Position numbers and translations under genes: made by a program. From Isurus oxyrinchus (taxonomy: Eukaryota), in assembly GCA_026770705.1 (NCBI GenBank), contig JANJGN010000026.1:6014001-6078000 (forward strand): a stretch of 64,000 bases of DNA, read 5' to 3'. A model generated the notes under the pieces. That model was not told the origin of the DNA. It did no database searches and saw only the letters and a program-made list of their open reading frames with translations. Shown piece after piece: positions 52,317 through 64,000 of this stretch; the first letter of the stretch is position 1; each line of letters starts with the position of its first letter.

Positions 52317-52960
52317 AATTTATCTGGTTCTCTGTCTCTGGCTCCCTTTCGTTCTCCCCATTGCCTTTTTTGCCAGAGAATCCTGCAGGTTTCACTGTCA
52401 GCAAATTGAATGCATGGAACGATTAAATCCTTGAGATAAATAATCCGAGAAATGGAAATAAGTGGCTAAAACATGATTGATCCAGTCGGTTCTTTTTCCT
52501 GCAAATGAAACGTAAAAGTCTAATTCTATTCTTCCAAATGAGGCACTTTGTTGTTGACCTCCAGTATTCCTGTACAATTTATCTCTGATTTTTGTTTTCA
52601 TTTTCTTAATGGACGCAACGAACATATGGGCACTTCTCCGAGAGAAATATCACCACTTCATATTCGAGCAACAAACACAGATGTACTCATCGAAGGTGAA
52701 AGTGATGGATAGCCAGACAGAACAACCCTCTGGATGCATATTGAAAGCCGTGCTGACGTCACTGACTTGCCTGGTGAACGCCAAACTAACCCACAAATAA
52801 ATGTCAGACATTGAATACAAGCAGCAGCGAAAACACCATTCCTTTGTTCATTGCCATGAATGCGCAGTGATGCAACTGGAAAGAATACCGCCCCCTCGAG
52901 AAAGGATCGCAAAGGACAATAATCATCCTTTTTTTGCGGACCAGAAAATAGCAGGATAAC
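52317..52960 (-). pseudogene. Third GPR139-like GPCR pseudogene, 5' part (TM1-ICL3)
   Basis: LLSFAILSRGGGILSSCIT; GCSVWLSITFTFDEYICVCCSNMKW*Y; IELDFYVSFAGKRTDWINHVLATYFHF; GNGENEREPETENQINS. All collinear with the intact receptor, with stops and frameshifts. Confidence 0.85.
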
Positions 52961-53447
52961 TGCTATTCAGACCGAGAATAACAACATTAGAATAGAAGCA
53001 TTTAGCTCGTTGTTTGGAGATTTCTTATATCGATATGTAAAGTTACGTGGTCATTCTTGGAGTAAGTTGTGATTATTGACTGGATTTATCTTCTGCAGGT
53101 GAAGTTACTATTCATGTATTTCGAACGTCACTTGCATAAATGGAGTGTTTGATTTGAAAGGAGTCAAATCTGTGCTGAACTTGCTAAGTGGCAACAGATT
53201 ACTGCAAAATGCAATGGAACGAATTTCCAACTCAAGAATATTGAGTTATTTGGCCAGGACAGTGAGAGAAATGTTCCCTCCCGTAGAAATCAACCTTGAA
53301 CATTCTCTATTCGTTTAATTTCCCTTTGTTTCTTGCGGGACCGATCACACCGACCAATATGCATTACATCCTGGCTCCTGTCTTCCGACGAATCCCATCC
53401 TAATTTCCATCACTGCTCCATTCAAATATATCACAATTCCTCGAATA

Positions 53448-53625
53448 TAAAATAAAAAGTGGAAGTGCTGTTAAAAAAAAACTCAACAGGTCTGTCAGCA
53501 TCAGTGGAGAGAGAAAAATAGTTAATGGTTCGTGCCCAACTGGTTCCAAAGAAGAGTCGTATCACTATCAAAACATTAACTCAGTTTCTCTTCCAAAAAC
53601 ATTGCTTCATCTGCTGAGTTAATAC
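53448..53625. mobile_element. Tiny element made of two inverted Penelope termini
   Basis: ACTCAACAGGTCTGTCAGCATCAGTGGAGAGAGAAA... facing ...AAACATTAACTCAGTTTCTC...CTGCTGAGTT. Confidence 0.6.
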
Positions 53626-54784
53626 TCAAGAACATAATGCTTTTAATTCATGTATTGAAGGATGGATGATCAGATGGACGAATGGATGGACAAAGATATT
53701 TTAATGGAATGTTGTTTGCTATGCCTTATTCTGTAGTTAGAATATTGTGCCATTTTCGTCTCAGTGCTCCATCAACAAATGACATGAAGATGGGTGGGCC
53801 GAGGGCATAAAACCAGAATAATCTTCAATAATGTCCCTAGGCTGTGCTAACTGGCCTCCAAATGCCATGTCCATAGTCCTTTTTCCTTTCCTCAGATACG
53901 TCTCCAGCCAATGGAGATATACCCAACGATCAGATTGACTGTTTGAGTACTGTTCTTTGTTTTAATAGGGGTTCCTAAATTGCTACTGTGGGGACATTTC
54001 AAAATTATCAAATTGCCCTGAAATCAATTTAATTTTGCCGATGGGGAAGCAATAATTTGGGACAAAATGAACAGTCACATGAAAAATGCGGGTTAATCAA
54101 CAAGATAAAGCATGCACTCATTAGGGGAAGCTACTGTTAAAGTTACTAGTTGAAGCTTTTTTATCCAAATAATTGAAGCTACGTCTCCGAGGAACCACAC
54201 TTGTGAAACTTTACTGTATCTCCTCGAATGCTTTTACGCCTTTCTTAAGGTTAATGCCAAGAACTAGAGACAGTGTTCAGCGTGAGGCCTAAGTCATGTT
54301 TTATACATGTTTAACGTCATTTCAACGCATTTGATGGCTCTACTTATGGAGCCCAGGATATACTGTGCTTGGTTTATCTTTCTTCACAAGACATACTAAC
54401 CTCAATTAATTTGGCACTTGGGCACCCTGTTCCTTCTGCCCTTGCATCCATGTGGGGTTTTGCATTTTATGCTCCCTTCTATTTCCCCTTTTATTCAGAC
54501 CAAAATGAACAACTTCACTGCATTAATTTCAGCTCTTCGTTCCCGACTGAAGATATTGTTCTGGGGAAACTGAAAGGAAAACGTCTCAAATACACCAGCG
54601 CTGAGATTCAGGCACTTTTATTTTTAGATGCTTGAACCTAAATTCATCATTTTAGCCCAGTCGGCCAGGATAATGCAACTGGTTTATTTAGCATCCCATT
54701 CTTCATTTAAGCATCTACCAAGTTCACCACAGGAGCACAGTGGCAGCAGTGTGTGCGTTCAAACAGGTGCATTGCAGCAAGATT

Positions 54785-54980
54785 GTGGTGAAGTAGTAAT
54801 CTCACTAGATTAATAATCCAGGGACCCAGGCTAATGTTGTGGATATGTCACCTGATCCCACCATGCCAGCTGGAAGAACTTAATCACAATTAATAAGTTC
54901 AGCAAGTTATTAAATAAAATTTGAAATGAAATGCAGCTCCAGTGATAGCGATCACAACACCATTCGTCGATTCTCATAAA
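54785..54980 (+). mobile_element. Decayed tRNA-derived shark SINE
   Basis: GTAGTAATCTCACTAGATTAATAATCCAGGGACCCAGGCTAATG...ATCCCACCATGCCAGCTGG, a head recalled as common in shark genomes. Confidence 0.55.
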
Positions 54981-55837
54981 CTAAACATCATATATCATAG
55001 CCAGGTTGGCCTGCCGGTAGATCCAAATCTCCAACAGGCAATTCAGCACAATGGCCTTTCTGGTCAACTTAATATACAGTAGAATATTTAGGTAGATATA
55101 AATTTAAACAATGCTGTTTTGTTGCACCGGCACTTGAAACAATGAGCCCACAATGAGGATCCACGTTCCTGTTCTCCTTGTTGGCTTTCAGAAGTTGTAG
55201 GAAGCTCGCAATATCTTTGAATATGAGATTGAGTTCCCCACAGTTCAGAAAATGAACTAGGCAATGAACTGTTGCAGCTTGAAATTAGCACCAGTCAGGC
55301 AACGTTACCCCCACGAATGTCAAAAACACCAACAGGCTATTTTGTTATCTTCTTCACTGTTGCTCTCACAATATTGAGCTTGAGTGTTGCTTCATGCCAG
55401 TGTGGAATGTGCTTTCTTCAATGCATTAACGTTAGGCCTGAGCCTTCGGGCTTCCCAAAAATCACAGGTTATTTTAAACATTGTTTGGCATTAAAACGAC
55501 AACAGATTTGAAATCTACCTGAAAGCAAAGCAGAAATGAAGCGAACAGCATGTTCAATAGACCGATACGAGGTCAGGTAATTCGTTAAACACAACGTGTT
55601 GTTCCAATATATAGTAATGGCAGCCCCAATTGCCAATACGGAAATACCAGTTAGGGAGAATTCTGGAAACACTTAGCAGCTAAGGCTTTATCAATTGGTA
55701 GAGAAGAGCTGAAGTGTCAGGTCAATTACTTTAAATCAGAACATTTAAACTTCCAACAACTACAGTTATTTATTTATGTATTTGTATATGTGCCTGTCTA
55801 ACCACCTGCCTACATAGTTATCCATGTATAGAACATT

Positions 55838-55838
<1 letters not shown>

Positions 55839-55871
<33 letters not shown>

Positions 55872-55884
55872 GCCTATCTATCTA
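55839..55884 (+). repeat. (TATC)n microsatellite
   Basis: Direct reading. Confidence 0.95.
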
Positions 55885-58800
55885 ACCACATATCGTTTTG
55901 TATGGCCAGTTGCTGTTTGGCTGTCTGAGTGCCTGTCTAATATATCACTGTCATTCATTTGCATGGGAATAAAAATTGCAATATTCAATTGTAATATAGC
56001 AGCAGCAAAATTGAAAGCATATAGAGCATTAACAACACAGATGGAGTTTATTTTACCAACTGAAATTAGTGCCCAATTTTTCCGACTTCTGTCCTTTTGC
56101 CATGATTTATTTTTCCTTTTCATGTGTTTATAGAATTCGCCTTTTAAGTTTATTGTTGCTGATCCTGCGTCCACCAGGTTACATGTTTCTGCTTATCCAG
56201 ATCATAACAGCCAACTTAATAACAATAACATTTCCACCGTGTCTTTTCTGTGCAGTCAAAACAGTAAACAGACAGTCATGGTCAAGATAGATTAGTCAGG
56301 CTGGTGGAAAGCAGATGTTACATTACACTGTGTTTAGTATTGGGACCATTGTTTTGCCATCACTGACATACTCGGTTCTGTCTGGGATTTAAATTGTGTG
56401 CATCATGTTAACTTGGGAGGGGTTCTGCTATTGGTAAGATGGAACAGGTCCGCCGCAAATAGAAGTGATTTAGAGGCACTCCTGGAGAAATGGGGAATCA
56501 ACTCCTTGGTGGGTTACTGCGAAATTATGTGTGCAGTCTTGAGAATCAGAAGGATTATTGCCACCCAGCCCGTGGAATACATGAATTTGAATGGGGTACA
56601 ACCCTAAAGTCAATTACCATTCAGTGGGCAATGATTCACCAATCAATGGAGGTAATGCGATTAGTGTTAAAGCACACAGTATGGAAAATGAAGCTAAATT
56701 TTCCAATGGTGGCCAAATATCAGGTTATCAGATGTTACAGGAGCAATTTCCTCAAATACGTCACAGTTGAATTAACGACAGTGATGTTGACTGGGAGCCC
56801 AATCAGAAATTCCGACTGACATTGTAACCGAGCATCACTTCCAAGAAACATTCCAAACACTTCACTGTTCTAATAAAAGTTTATCAACCTGAAAGAGATG
56901 TTGTCCGGACTGCTCAACATTTCAAATATTTTTCAGGTTTTGTTTCGTTCACTCCAGACCCGGAGGAAACTACGAAGTATTGCTGGTCTTGACGTTATTT
57001 CAAGTTGGGTATGGGGAGAAGTTTCCAATAAACCAATGTGCCATGGTTAAAACTCTTCAGCCACAATTCTGACACTATGCAAAGCAATTAAATTACTTCC
57101 GCCACATGGAGGTCTATCTGAAGAATACTGATAACACTTGTAGCGAGGAAAATTAACTGCTTTCCGCACTTTCCGAACTATCATTTGGATTGATTTTATC
57201 AATTATATCTTTTATACTGAAAGTAAATCAGAGATTGATTTTTTTTCATGTTTCAGCCAGAATGGGAAAATGCAATGGACAGCATTGTGGATGTGGATAT
57301 GTTAACTTAAGCCGTCTTGCAAATTGGAACAATCTACTCGTTGCAGTGAGCATTTGTCGGACCTGCTGACAGAATAGGTTGGAGGGCTACTTTAACCTAA
57401 ACTCACAATGCACACATGGGCAATGTTGTAGACGCTATATATAATTATATTCAATCACTTGGCACAGCATGAAGTCGTTGTTCATTGCACCCAATCCTGA
57501 CAGGGTGAGGGACAGTCAGCTATTCGCAGGGTGAAGAAAGTTTCATACTTCATCATAACACATTGGTCAATAATGGACAGGACAGCTCTGATGAATAATG
57601 CACCACATTTGAAGGTGATGCTGAGTACTTACAGCAGTTTTTTGATTTAAAAAATCCGAATTGAACATTTGTAGATTTACTCTTGACATGTCTGTAGTCC
57701 ACATGATTCATCTTTAAAATAATTCATGTAATGAGGAGGCCAAGTGAGTTAATTATGATCTAACTTTTTACTTTCATTACATATATTCAAATGTATCGCG
57801 TGGAGGACAATAAACAATATATTATTTAAAGGGCATCAATAGAATAAAATGAGGTATGTCCTCGTGCATTGACATAAAATATCGCACTTTTATTTATTGT
57901 TTGTTTAACCTCTGTGTGCCTCTCTACCAGTGATTTCCAACTGCTCGTTTGCAGATTCCAGCCTAACATTAAAAAAACAATAATCTGTAGCTTTACCTCA
58001 TCGCTGTTCATGAACATATTGATTTTATGTCCTTATCTCAGTTAATCCAAATGAGGATATTATGAAAAAAATAAGATTAAATGGCAGTCAGTCTGTATCC
58101 TACCTTAACTCGATGTTCTGAACTTTCCTTAACCCGTATTCTCAAAGCTGGAGAAATATGGCAGCAGCTGCGTCCGAACATGGCCTATATGTCTAAAACC
58201 ACAGATTTAAATGCATAAATATAATTAAAAGGATATATGTAACTGCTTGTAAATGTCAGGCTCCAGTTCGTTGGCTGCCGTGTTTTTTTTTACATGATAT
58301 ATTGTACTTGCAATAAAGTGTGACTTCTGGTTTGTGATGTCTCGCCTCCAGTATTTGTGCATTGACTGAGAGTTTTTAAGTATGTTGCAGAATGACAAGA
58401 CAAATTCAATGATAGAATGTTATTAAATGCTCATGATGAATTACCCTTTAATGAGGTCACACCACAAAGTTAGCCCTCACAAGCACTTTCAGCTGTCCCA
58501 GAGTTCCACAGCTGGCCAGGTCACGTTTTTTCCCTGATAAGAGTTTCCTTCCCTTTATTCAAGAAGGGTTAAATCTGGAGTCATAACGCACAACAATTTT
58601 ATGACACTGAAGTTCAGGGATACAATATTTGCTCAACAGGCACTCTTTTCGGTTCTGCACAATTCTTGCTCCTAGATTCACCATGTTTGTCCTCCTCCAG
58701 TGGTTGTGCAACGAATTCCCACGTCAGCTGCCTTACAACCCCAGTGCCATGGCCCCAGTCCTGTTCCTATTCCGGCTGCAAAACCAAATATCTCGCACGG

Positions 58801-60219
58801 GCCCATTTCGCAGCCTGTCTGAAATGTTTTTTTTCTTAGACAACTCTGATTCTCACCAGGAGGACTGCTTTTGTGCTCTGTAACAGCGTTACTCTCTCAG
58901 CTGAAGCAGAAGAGGCTGTAACTCGATATCTAAAATGAACTTTGATTTGTGGTTTCCATTCCCAGTTATCATCTCTAAAGCAGTCCAGATCACACGGGCA
59001 CTTATCAGAAATGAAGTATTTGCGTGAAATCCATTAACATCTTTCCCAACTATATATGTTTCACTTGGGTTCAAAGCGGATTTAAAAAAAATAAGCTTCT
59101 TGAACGAGCTCTCTGCCATTGCCTCAATAGAAAACGGAAAAGAGCCCATTTCTCATCGCGGAAATTACTCTTTACTTTAGACTACAGGCTGCACAAGTCC
59201 AGAATCACTATAGGATTGTGGAACCGCATCTGTCCACGTTAATTGTTTTTATCCACTTCTATTCTTTGTGGGATATGAGCGGTGCAGACAAGGTCAACAT
59301 TTATTGTCCATCCTTATTTACCCTTGAATAGAAGGCAATTTTTGACAGTTTCAGAGAAGTTCAGTTACTGCATGGCTGCATCCAAAAACATATCAATGAA
59401 GCCTAAATATTGAACAATACTGTAAGGGATTGAAGTTCACAGCAGGGTGCAAAGTTCGCTCAGGTGGTGTATTCACTCTTTTACCCCGTGACCCTGCACA
59501 TGAACTCCCTCCTCATTCCCCATTTGAGTTATTGGCTGGAGCTGGTTGTGCGGAGTTATTTCAGACTGCAATGTGCACATTTGGTAGTTATCAGACTCTA
59601 ATCTCATTCAGAATGGGGAGTAGTTAAACTTTGCTGTACCCTGTAATTCCTCTGCAATACATTGTCAATGTTCAACCCCACACATTGGATCTTGTTATAG
59701 CTTCTTGATTACTTATGACTCCAAGATTATTTTTTCAATTCCTCACATTCTTTGTCCTAGGGGGAAAATACATAGCAAACACAAAGAATATATGGGAGAG
59801 AATTTATTTTCAGAAATTTACAGCCTTTATTCACATTGTGTCCATGCTGGCCCAGAAGTGAAGAGCTCTGCAACCTATTCCCATTTTGCAGCGCTTGGTC
59901 TGCACTCTTCAGGTTATGGCAATACAGAGGGAGAGCAACTGTGCTGGAATCCAAATGCACCACCTCCACTCTTGCCCCTTATTTACCCTGCCAGTCACAA
60001 ACATCAAAAAATCTCGAACACAGTTGTCAAGGAAATTGTGCCTTTCATAAATCAACGTGGACTCTGGTGAAACTGGTGACCCTTCCCCAAAGCACAATAA
60101 ACACACAGAGGCTGAATGATATCTCAGTTATTTCTGGAAACTGTTAACATCAACATGAAACAGGGTGGCTAAAGTGATTCTGTTCCAAAGGTGATATGTG
60201 TTGCTTTATAATATCAATC

Positions 60220-60380
60220 TCACACTCACTCACACATACACACACACACACTCACCCACATTCATAGACACACACACACACAGACCTACATATTCACACC
60301 AACTCACCCACATATAAAAACACACACACATTCACAAACACACAGACACACAGTGACACAGACAGGCAGAGAGAAGAGAG
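60220..60380 (+). repeat. Imperfect (CA)n tract
   Basis: Direct reading. Confidence 0.9.
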
Positions 60381-60769
60381 ATTTAATGTCAATCTCACGC
60401 CACTCAACCAGTTAATTTATGCGAAGAGTAACACAAGCAAAGTTGAATCTCTCTGTGGGTTTTATTCTGAAATTAGACAACACAATTGTATCCCTATTGT
60501 ACATGGTGGAAATGTAATTGATGATGTGACTGATGCCTGAGCCCAAAACTAATATTAAATGTGACCCAGGAGCAGGTTTGCTGTAAATATCCCAGGGTGT
60601 AAAGTATCTGGGAGCACAGTTGCTGTGTCAAAGTTGGAATACGGGGTGGGAATGGGTTGTGAACCTGCTCTGCACAGGGAATGGTTCGTGTTGGTGGTGA
60701 ATTTGGAAGTTGAAGTTTATATTTGAAGAGGTTCCCAGAGCCTCCAACAACTGAACTGGAGCCTTTGCG

Positions 60770-61200
60770 CAGAGACTGTTCCTGCTGCTGTTTGCCCTCC
60801 TGGCCGCTAGAGGCTGTTCTCACTGTTGTCGGGACCTCCTATTCTACCCGCTGCTCCCCCCAGCCACCCCAGGGGCCAGCCGCTTCTCTTTGTCCAACTG
60901 CCGGATGCAGCGGCCGCCATGTTTCCGTGACGTCACTGCCAGCTCGTCCGCCGTTTATTTGACAAAGGCGAAAAGGAAGAAGCGACTCTTCGGACTGAGC
61001 GGGGAACTGGGATTCTGAGCCGGCAGCTGGTGCGGGTGGGGAGTGGAGCTGCGCATGTGCGCTGGGCTCCCTCTCAGAGTGCAGCGCGGCCAGTGTCACT
61101 GATACAGGACTTTTCCGGCCGCGAGGGATTGTGGGGAAAGGAGCCGCCATCGCTCCAGAAACAACTGAGACACTGGATTGTCGCCTGCAAGGGGGAGGGC
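60770..61200. promoter_or_regulatory. CpG-rich promoter-like island (YY1, CRE, NRF1-like motifs)
   Basis: GCCGCCATGTT at 60913-23, palindromic GTGACGTCAC at 60927-36, TGCGCATGTGC at 61050-60, second GCCGCCAT at ~61143. CpG-dense against an AT-rich, CpG-poor background. Confidence 0.65.
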
Positions 61201-61995
61201 ATGAATGACAGAAATGAGAACATCAGGAGGACATTCGGCCCTTCGAGCCTGTCTGCCCTTCAACAAGATCATGGGTGATATTATAGCTCGACACACACAC
61301 AAACTATCCCTCACTCTCTCACACTCACTATCCATGAGCCAGCACCCCATCCCTTTCACTGCTAATGCCACAACTATTTATCGTCTCAGACAGGGATGAA
61401 GGTAACGAGTCTCCAGATTTGAAGACAATATATGGTTAGGCAGGAAAGTAAGTTGTGAGCAAGAGAGCCTGCAAAGTGGTGTGGACAAGTTAACCGAGTG
61501 GGTATAGGCATGTTGGATGCAACATCATTTGGGATTCCCAACATTCCCTTTGGGATGAACAATAGAGAAACAGAAATGTTTTTCTTCATGGTGAAAAGCT
61601 ATTTCTATCCGGATGATTTGAGTTTTCTGGTACACAAATCACAGAAAGTTAACGTGCTGGGGCAGCCAACAACTAGCCATAGAAAGGATGTGTTGCCATT
61701 TTTTGCAAGAGGTCTGGAGGACAAAAGTAAGGAAGGCTTACTGTGAATAAGCAGGGCTTTGGGGAGAAAATGGCCATCCTAAACATCTACCCAGTCACAT
61801 CGTATAAGAATTTTCTAAGCTTCAATGAGATCACCTCTCATTCTTCGAATACAGGCCCAGTTTCCTCAATCTCTCCTCATAAGACAATCCCACCATCCCA
61901 GGGATGTGTCTGGTGAACTTTCACTGCACTCCCTCAATGCCAAGTATATACTTCCTTAGGTAAGGAGACCAAAACTGCTCACAATACTCCAGGTG
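61200..61995. mobile_element. CR1 fragments, both strands
   Basis: PHLEYCEQFWSPYLRK on the minus strand (61921-62000); plus-strand remnant at ~61440-61760. Confidence 0.7.
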
Positions 61996-64000
61996 AGGGC
62001 TCAAAAGGATATGGCTACTAGACGAGGTCTGCAGCAGGTGGTGAGGGAACCAACAAGAGGGAAAAACATACTTGACCTCATTCTCACTAACCTGCCTGCC
62101 ACAGACACATCTGTCCATGACAGGATCGGTAGGAGTGACCACTGCACAGTCACTGTGGAGACTAAGTACCTCCTTCACATTAAGGATACCCCCCCATCAT
62201 GTTGTGTGGCACTACTACCATGCTAAATGGGCTCAATTTCAAAAATCTCTAGCAACTCAAGATTAGGCATCCATGAGGCGCTGTGGGCCGTCAGCAGCAG
62301 CAGAATTGTACTCAACCACAATCTGTAACTTCATGCCCGGCATATCCTTCACCCTATCATTGCCATCAAGCCAGGGAATCCACCCTGCTTCAATGAAGAG
62401 AACAGGAGGAGGAGCACACCAGGCATACCTAAACAATGAGGTGTCAACTTGGTGAAGCAACAATACAGGACTATTTGCGTGTCAAATGGCATAAGCAGCA
62501 AGTGATAGACAAAGCTAAACGATCCCACAACAAATAGATCAGATCTAAGCTCTGCAATCCTGCAACACCCAGTCGTGAATGGTGGTGGACAATTAAACAA
62601 CTCACAAGGCTCCACAAATATCCCCATCCTCAATGATGGGGGAGCCCAGCACATCAGTGCAAAAGATAAGGCTGAAGCATTTGCTATAACCTTCAGCCAG
62701 AAATGTCGAGTGGATGACCCATTTCGGCCTCCTCTGCAGATCCCCAGCATCATAGATTACAGTCTTCAGCCAATTCAATTCTCTCCCCATGATGTCAAGA
62801 AACGGCTGAAGGCACTGGATAGTACAAAGACTGACAATAGTCCAGCAATGGTACTGAAGGCTTGTGCTCCAGAACTTGCCGTACTCCTAGCCAAGCTGTT
62901 CCAGTACAGCTATAACATTAGTATCTAGCTGGCTATGTGGAAAATTGCCCTGTACACAAAAAGCAGGACAAATCTAACCTGGCCAATTATTGCCCCATCA
63001 GTCTACTCTCGATGATCAGGAAAGTAATGGAAGAGGTCATCAACAGTGCTTTCAAGCAGCATTTGCTTAGCTATAATCTGCTCACTGATGCCCAGTTTGG
63101 CTTCCGCCAGGGTGACTTAGCTCCTCACCTCATTACAGCCTTGGTTAAAATCTGGACAAAAGATCGAAACTCCAGAGGTGAGGTGAGAGTGGCTGTCCTT
63201 GACATCAAGGTGACATTTGACCAAGTGTGGCAACAAGGAGCTCCAGCACAACTGGAGTCAGTGGGAATCAGGGGAAAAACTCCACTGGATGGAGTCATAC
63301 CTCGCACAAAGGATGAAGGTAGTGGTTGTTGGATGTCAGTCACCTGAGCTCCAGGACATCACTGCAGGAGTTCCTCAGTGTAGTGTCCTCGGCCCAACCA
63401 TCATCCATTGCTTCATTAATGACCTTCCTTCCATAATAAGGTCAGACGGGTTGTTTGGGCTACAAAAGCACCATTTGTAACTCTCAGATACTGAAGCAGT
63501 GCATGTCCAAATGCAGCAAGACCTGGACAATATCCAGGCTTGGGCTGACAAGTAGCAAGTGCCGGGCAATGACCATCTCTAACAAGAGAGAATCTAACCA
63601 GCGCCCCTGATGTTCAATGTCATTACCATCACTGAATCCCCCACTATCAGCATCCTGGGGGGTTACCGTTGACCAGAAACTGAGCTGGACTAGCCATATA
63701 AATACTGTGGCTACAAGAGCAGGTCAGAGGCTAGGAATCCTGCAAAGAGTAGCTCAGCTCCTGACCCCCCCAAAGCCTATCCACCATCTACAAGGCAAAA
63801 GTCAGAATTGTGGTGGAATACTTCCCACTTGCCTGGATGAGAGCAGCTCCCACAACACTCAAGAAGCTTGACACCATCCAGGACAGAGCAGCCCGCTTGA
63901 TTGTCCCCACACCCACAAACATTCACTCCCCTCACCACCGCCGCACAGTAGCAGCAGTGTGTACCATCCACAAGATGCACTGCAGGAATTCACCAAGTCT
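61996..64000 (+). mobile_element. LINE (second family, CR1/L2 superfamily) ORF2, frameshifted, runs off window end
   Basis: QVVREPTRGKNILDLILTN, VHKKQDKSNLANYCPISLLS, QFGFRQG and AGVPQCSVLGPTIIHCFINDLP in successive frames. Confidence 0.9.

Noticed and set aside
55515-55600. Candidate exon 1 for the third GPCR (HAVRFISALLS G|GT, minus strand)
   Set aside because: Similarity to the YYxxLAAxGVP exon-1 pattern is too weak.
1049-64000. Remaining short ORFs in the six-frame track
   Set aside because: Explained as frameshifted LINE/Penelope remnants, antisense shadows, low-complexity sequence or chance.

Overview
Eukaryotic, repeat-rich DNA from a cartilaginous fish, most likely a shark. The evidence is shark-type IgM exons, decayed CR1-clade LINEs and a Penelope-like element. 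I can support only one intact protein-coding gene: a two-exon orphan class-A GPCR of the chondrichthyan 'GPR139-like' type (exon 1 36580-36649, exon 2 38369-39279, 326 aa). It has a TATA box and a CTCF-like site just upstream. Two further paralogs are dead. One at 16725-17626 (-) carries 3 stop codons. The other, at ~48160-52960 (-), is much older and is not visible as a gene in the ORF track because a 3.9-kb Penelope insertion with ~1-kb inverted arms splits it in two. Interleaved with the receptors are: an orphan IgM CH3 + CH4/secretory pseudogene (28491-29666, -) with a deleted tailpiece; a fossil same-strand cluster of tRNA genes of four isotypes (20586-23180); a possible U1 relic; four arrays of one degenerate ~27-bp satellite; a 62-bp minisatellite carrying RSS heptamers; a 3x31-bp CCAAT array; and a CpG-rich promoter-like island (~60770-61200). 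The best candidate for a poorly described system is this birth-and-death array of short-N-terminus orphan GPCRs embedded in Ig/tRNA multigene territory. TE boundaries are by-eye estimates. Family assignments come from recalled sequences, not from database searches.
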